Assembly (NCBI GenBank): GCA_946415665.1
Contig: CAMKTI010000001.1
Coordinates: 1 to 43,943, forward strand
Source: an uncultured Clostridia bacterium
Lineage (GTDB): Bacteria; Bacillota; Clostridia; Lachnospirales; CAMVHY01
Direction: 5' to 3'
Length of the DNA stretch: 43,943 bases
A model generated the notes under the pieces. That model was not told where the DNA came from. It worked only from the letters and a program-made list of their open reading frames with translations, and made no database searches. Both the position numbers and the translations under genes were made by a program. Positions 39,088 to 43,943 of this stretch are shown here, piece after piece. Position 1 is the stretch's first letter. Each line of letters opens with the position of its first letter.

Positions 39088-41421
39088 GCTCAGCTTCCTC
39101 CTTTCTTATGTACAACTGTTCCAGATATGCAGCATAAAGTCGCTTGACCGCATAAAGATGCTCTTTGTCGTGCGGATTCTCGTTGTTAACGATTTGCTGG
39201 CTCAGTATGTTTATAGCTTCTTCGAATTAAGCAATGTGCTTCGGTGTGCTAATAAACCCCTTACACATCAAGCAGTTCGCTGTCCCAAGAACGTTGCATT
39301 CGGGATTTCCACAGTATCCGTAGCCATCGTTCACGATATCTTCGTGCTTGGCTTCTAGATAATCTGTAGGCGGCAGTTCCCACAACAGGCATGTTTTCGA
39401 TTTTTACGCCATATGTTGCTTCAAGATAGTTCCGAATGTTTTCTTTGACATAGTAGTTCTCGGTCGTATATATGTTGGCATGTCCTGTCAGTTTTTAAAA
39501 CTCATCAGGCTTACATTGTTCTTGATGGCGTTTTCAACAATGTTCGTATAATATGTCTTTCTAAGGTTCTGAGCAAAGTATTTTGTGATACCAGCCTCAT
39601 TACAGCAATCATGCAAGTATTTGGCATAACTTTTGCTCGGAATGCTTCTGTAGAAGTCCTTATGATTGTTCATAAGGAACAGATAGTGCTTCTGCTCGGC
39701 TAGGACGTTGTTTCGTGTCTCCTTTGTCTGGGAAAGAGCAACCTCCACCAGTCGCTTTACTTCTTTGGAGATTTGTATATCTTTTTCATCGCCGTCCGAA
39801 GTTTTCACCTTAACCTCAAGAGCATAAATGCCTTTGCTCTTTTCAACCAGACAGTTGTCATCAAGGTCGAGTATGGAACTGATTCTGAGCGGAGTGAGTG
39901 TGTTCAGACAGAATACAATGTAATACAGCATGTGAAGAGTATTGTTCTAAGCCTTTTCTTCCAGTTTCGCTATCAGCTTCATGAAGTCATCTTTCGGAAC
40001 AGGCAGGATTTTCTGTTTCGGCTTTGTCCCTTTACCGCCTGTGTCAAGGTATTCAAACGCTGCAACTTCAGTATTATAAATGCCGTTATCGTGCATGAAC
40101 TGAAGGAACAGCTTTAGCGGAACCATGCGAGATGTATAACTTTGCGAAGTCAGTTTTTTGTTCCACTCATTGGTATACATGACGATTCCTTCAGTAATAA
40201 CTGTGTTTGCAGTATCGAGGTCGGTCCCTGCTATGACCTGAATAAATCTGTCAAGCTACATAGACCGTAAGGTATCTCTGTATTCAAAGAACTCCATGAT
40301 ATACAGAGCATTATGACATCTGTTTTCAAAGCTTGCTTTAGCCTCTGACCAGAACCACTGTTTTGCTGCTTGACGCACAGTAGGATTGCTGATGCGTGTG
40401 AAGTCCAGACATCTTAAATGTTCAGGCTTATCGGTTGCCGTAGTTTATTCCAATCCATTCGGAGATATAGCCCACAAATCAAGGGATGGTACTGGTTCGT
40501 TCGGGTTCAATGGAACCAATGAAACATACCTGTAGCCGTTTACGAAGTATTTTGCAAACCCTTCGCTCATGATATGACCAAGTGCGACACCGTCAGCGAT
40601 TGATATGGTTTTTCTGTTGCCCTGTTTGTTAAGAATGAAGCGATAAAAGAACCTGTTTTCCAGCTCTGGTTCACAGCGGATGGATGCAAAGAACTTTTCC
40701 TGTTTCAGAAGAGTATCTGCGTTGAAGCCGTAAATGTCGGAAGACAGCTAATAATCAAGGCTCTCTGCAAAACGATTGAAGAAGTCCAGCTGATAAACTC
40801 TTGGGATGAATTCATGCTGTGAGAGATGATATTCAATCAACAAGTCTTGGATAAAACGGTTATCGGTATCAAAGTCCACTAAGCTGAGAACCTGATTGCC
40901 GCTTTTCATGGTTGTTTTTGCCTTCAGTAAGCGGTATCTGTGCGGATCTTTGCTGCCGTCAAGCATCGGAATGACAAGATGCCCTATGTTTTGGATGTCG
41001 TTCCAGAACGGGAAAGTGTTTTTGGCAATGATATCGAGTTCTGGATGCCAGTGATACTTCTTATTCAGGGCAAGATAATGATATATCAGGTCTTTAGCAA
41101 CAGGGTTGGTGTATTCACGTCTTCCTGGCGCATTGAAGTAAAAATTCACAAGATATGAGCCATCTATTTGACTGATATCAAAACTACTATCAAGAGTGAG
41201 AACGAAATGCCCCAGCGTTCGTTTGTATCCATCTTTTTCCGACTGAAAGCGTGCATTACCGTACACATCGCAAGATTTATACATCAGGTCTATAAACTCC
41301 TGTGTTTCAGGAACAGAGAACTTATTCTTTATCTTAAACGATTCATTATAATCGGAAGCGTAATATCTTGATTTCCTGTTTTTGGGATAATTTGGATTTT
41401 TTTGCCTTTCTTAACGCCCAT
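39068..41421 (-). pseudogene. tyrosine recombinase B (long, TnpB-of-Tn554-like, Cys-rich C-terminal tail)
   Basis: ATG 41421, with a shift in an A7 run. The frame then runs 41284->39488 with in-frame TAG 40748, TAA 40445, TAG 40256 and TAG 39947 and no indel. It carries the Arg box ..LNTLTPLRISSILDLD.. and GHANIYTTENYY (catalytic Tyr region, reached after a shift near 39488). The tail is ..GYCGNPECNVLGTANCLMCKGFISTPKHIA*FEE.. (TAA 39227-39229). Confidence 0.7.
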
Positions 41422-41471
41422 CAGTTGTCACCATCCTTTAATAAGCTGATTTGCCACTTCTCGATGAGCTG

Positions 41472-42781
41472 TTACTGCAACCGTTCTGTATCCTCTGGTG
41501 TCGGGTTGTGATAGATAGCTGTAGTGGACAGGTTTTTATGTCTCATAAGCGTTTTCACATCGAAATTGGGTAGATGCAGAACATTTGACAGATATATGGC
41601 GCATCCGTGCCTCAGTCCGTGATTAAGGTTGTCCTCGCGGACACCTTCATCGCCAGCAAATTCAGCTTTTCTGAATATCACCCGAAGGTTCTTATTCCAC
41701 ATGTTTTCTGAAAGCGGCCTGCCGAGCGTGTTCAGGAATACATAATAATTGTGCCTGATATTGGAATTTCCGAAAGGAACGGAATCTGCCGTGGCAAAGG
41801 TATCCCTGCGTTCCATGTATCGCTTATTATCATTGCCATGTGCTATATTGATGTATTCCAGCAATTCCATGGCAAGGTCTTCACCGTCTGGTATCCGATG
41901 CCCTTAGGGGTGTAGTCAGGGTCCTTGTAAGTATCAGCGAAAGTGGCATTCATTGCAGATTTGGTGTTCTGTTCCTTCGTATCTGAGAGACGATTACGAA
42001 GTTCAAGCCTGTACTAAACGGTGAAATCCTTGTTTTCCCTGGATTTGATGTCTTTTAAAGTCAAGCCGAACACCTCTCCAATACAAAAACCATGTTCAAA
42101 CAGAAGGCGACATATGATGCGGTCTCTCAGTGGAGTAGCAGTGTCATCTGTTGCCTTCAGAAGAGCCTTGTATTCTTCGATATTTACATAAGCTGGGACA
42201 TAGTCCGCCCTTTTCGGTGTCTTGACAGACACATCGTATAACTGGATTGTTTTGGCTCCGTCTAATTCGGGCATGATTATGGTCTTGAAGCTCTTGCTTT
42301 TAGAGAGCAGGATATGTTTATCGTAGCCGAGATACTCAACATACTTCCTTGCGACCTTGATATAGGATGATACGGTTTCATTCTTCCTCTTGGTTGTCAG
42401 TTCTGTATTATAAAGCAAGCCCTCTCAGGAAATGCCCTTCAGAAAGTCTATAAAGCCAGTGGCTTCCTTCTGGGTTATGTCCTGTAAACGGATGCCGTAT
42501 ATGTCGAGATATGCATACAGGAACTTCAATGCGGTTGTGGCGAGGAATACATAGTTCTGGAACTGACCAGTCATGCCGCCGAAGTTCAGGAAACGAATAG
42601 CGTCTTCAATCGGCTGCATCCTGCTGTCATAAAGCATAATCATGTCCGTGCCGTTGTCACTAGCCGTTGCATATGAGTTCACCTGTATAAGCTTGGTATC
42701 GACCAGGCTGTTCTGCCCGTCATAAGTTTGCATCTCATGACAAGTGCCAGCCGAATTCTGTTTTTCAATTATTCTGTACAT
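41472..42781 (-). pseudogene. tyrosine recombinase A (short, TnpA-of-Tn554-like)
   Basis: ORFs 42425..42781 and 42014..42418 share a frame and are joined through TGA 42425-42427. It carries the Arg box ..PLRDRIICRLLFEHGFCIGEVFGLTLKDI... TAG 42014-42016 and a shift near 41880 follow. The C-terminus is ..NHGLRHGCAIYL..LMRHKNLSTTAIYHNP.. (H-x-x-R and catalytic Tyr). Confidence 0.75.
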
Positions 42782-42980
42782 ACTGGTATCTGCTACTTGA
42801 AATATGTTGGATTTCGAGCTATAATTTAGAAGAAATCAGGATTACTGATACCTTAATTATATAGTCGGATTGCCGAAAAATCAAGAGTATGAAGCTGTCT
42901 AAGGTTGTCCAGGTCGGATTTCTGTATAAAACAGCCCTAAAACCCCGTATTTATCAGGGAAAGTGAGTATTTAGACAATG

Positions 42981-43883
42981 GGCGGCTTACCTATACTCTT
43001 CGACACTGAAATCGCAACATACATATGGATTCGGTCAAAGAATAAGTGACATGAAAGAAAAGGTAAAATCTAATTTATTGATGCGTCAAACATCTGCCAT
43101 AAACTGAGAAAAGCTTTCGGTAAGAAGAAAAATGAAATTTCTCCAGAAGATCGAATTACCATAACGAAACTGTATGCCGATTTTGAAGAGAGCGATCTGA
43201 GCTGAATTTTGCGTAATGAAGCTTTCATGTACAGAGAATATGCAATCATTCAACCTCTTTAAAGAAGCTATACAGTAACGGAAGAGCGTATTCAGTATAT
43301 GCTTCAAAAAGTCAATGAATTGCAGGATGCGGGGAATTGTCTGGTAAGGAGCAGAAAAAACTCGAGGACTTCCTCAACAGCAAACCGTTTTATGATTCGA
43401 TTCTCACAGTTTTATTTGATTGAGGCTGTTTCATCTAAACGTTACGCGTTAGAAAAGAGCTTTTCGCCTATTCTAACATCTGCTTTATCTGTTATAACCA
43501 CAGACAAAAAACTTATTGCCAAAATAGCGTATGGCATGTCTGTTATGGATAAAGATGCCGAAATACAGAGGAATAAAAAAGGAAATATCATTTATGACAA
43601 AGACTCGAAAGATACTGAATTTGTCGGATTTGAAGAGGATATTGCAGAATACATGCGACGAGAGGTTCTTCCGTATGTCCCTGATGCCAAGGCCTTTTTT
43701 GAAGAAAACTTAGGTGCAAAAAAGCCAGTTATAAAAACCGAAGCTAAGATTTCTTTCACTCGAACTTTCTACAAATATCAGGTACTTACAGCAAGTGAAA
43801 AATTGGAGAATAGGTTTGTCGAACTCGAAGAAGAGGTGACAAGTATCGTTCAGCGTTATTTAGCTAGCGGAGGTAAAGTATGA
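42981..43883 (+). pseudogene. hsdM: HsdM-type methyltransferase, C-terminal ~300 codons (continuation of the outer gene at 27981-29169)
   Basis: A single frame reads GGLPILFDTEIATYIWIRSKNK*HERKGKI*FIDASNICHKLRKAFGKKKNEISPEDRITITKLYADFEESDLS*ILRNEAFMYREYAIIQPL*RS..DKDAEIQRNKKGNIIYDKDSKDTEFV..REVLPYVPDA..FTRTFYKY... In-frame TGA 43047, TAA 43071, TGA 43203 and TAA 43260, with no frameshift. From memory it is colinear with the C-terminal region of long HsdM proteins (..LFYNTGI.TYIW....K....KGKVQLIDAS..). Confidence 0.7.
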
Positions 43884-43893
43884 AAAACACTAG

Positions 43894-43943
43894 GGAACGT
43901 TCACATAAAAATCAAGTCAAAAGTCAAAGCAATGGAGATGGTA
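43894..43943 (-). mobile_element. IS5-family element, copy 4 (3' end only; runs off the window)
   Basis: The reverse complement reads ..ISIALTFDLIFM* followed by TGAACGTTCCC/TAG. This is the same transposase C-terminus and terminal repeat as 23236-23263, in inverted orientation. Confidence 0.7.

Larger units (their letters stand above)
29170..42980 (-). mobile_element. nested Tn554-like tyrosine-recombinase element (~13.8 kb) carrying a type I R-M system and a Pif1-like helicase
   Basis: It lies between the two halves of the outer methyltransferase gene. AT-richer non-coding ends are at 29170-29406 and 42782-42980. Three tyrosine recombinase genes and a small TnpC-like gene read inward from the right end, as in Tn554. 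I found no terminal inverted repeats. Confidence 0.6.
23264..43893. other. foreign GC-richer genomic island (~20.6 kb) bracketed by inverted IS copies
   Basis: Base composition changes abruptly, by eye, exactly at the IS ends (23263/23264 and 43893/43894). The gene content is R-M, ATPase, recombinase and helicase genes, nearly all pseudogenised. Confidence 0.8.

Noticed and set aside
29170-42980. Terminal inverted repeats for the nested element. The only match seen was an 8-bp one (TCAGTAAT near 29173 versus ATTACTGA near 42842).
   Set aside because: An 8-bp match between two ~200-bp AT-rich ends is expected by chance. Tn554-type elements have no terminal inverted repeats.
23264-43893. The many in-frame TAG/TAA codons, several at Gln-aligned positions, could reflect stop-codon reassignment (TAG or TAA = Gln) in the donor, as in some recoded phages.
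   Set aside because: All three stop codons occur in-frame, alongside frameshifts, deletions and degraded catalytic motifs (Walker A, DPxCGxGG, YGQE). TAA also serves as the genuine terminator of hsdR, hsdM and the RHH gene.
1-43943. CRISPR arrays, tRNA, rRNA or other structured RNA genes.
   Set aside because: Scanning the intergenic regions by eye showed no regularly spaced direct repeats and no cloverleaf-like or rRNA-like segments. A proper tRNAscan/Infernal run would be needed to exclude small RNAs.

Overview
The window has two compositionally distinct parts, judged by eye rather than computed. (A) 1-23263 is very AT-rich chromosome from a low-GC Gram-positive-type bacterium; I cannot name the species. 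It holds a nine-gene shikimate/aromatic amino-acid operon: pheA, DAHP synthase, tyrA, aroB, aroA, aroC, an aroE-aroK fusion, aroQ and an aminotransferase. Five of these genes carry in-frame stops, frameshifts or an IS truncation, although the operon architecture (ATGA-type overlaps) is preserved. The rest of part A is intact alaS, two large lineage-specific hypothetical genes, long-form hpf, a LysM protein, a sortase/LPXTG Cna-B adhesin pair, and four dead IS5-family remnants. (B) 23264-43893 is a visibly GC-richer foreign island of about 20.6 kb. It is bracketed by two inverted copies of the same IS, with the transposase 3' ends facing inward. The island looks like a decayed defence/mobile region. 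It starts with an ICE-type sigma factor pseudogene, followed by an operon of unknown small genes, an excisionase-like HTH and a PrrC/RloC-like AAA_13 ATPase. Next comes an HsdM-type methyltransferase that appears split in two (27981-29169 and 42981-43883) by a nested element of about 13.8 kb. That element carries its own type I R-M system (hsdR, hsdM, hsdS), an RHH gene, a Pif1-like helicase, a TnpC-like small gene and three tandem tyrosine recombinases (Tn554-like module). Almost every island gene is a pseudogene. By hand count there are at least 35 in-frame stops against roughly 19 frameshifts or deletions, and several stops sit at conserved W, Q, G or E codons, which fits GC->AT pressure from the AT-rich host. 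Only a 206-aa ORF (23975-24595) and the 67-aa RHH ORF stay open. I saw no rRNA, tRNA or CRISPR array. No system here looks functional and novel. The most interesting signals are the nested integration into a methyltransferase motif, the three-recombinase module, the restriction-linked ATPase operon with uncharacterised partners, and the nonsense-dominated decay pattern.
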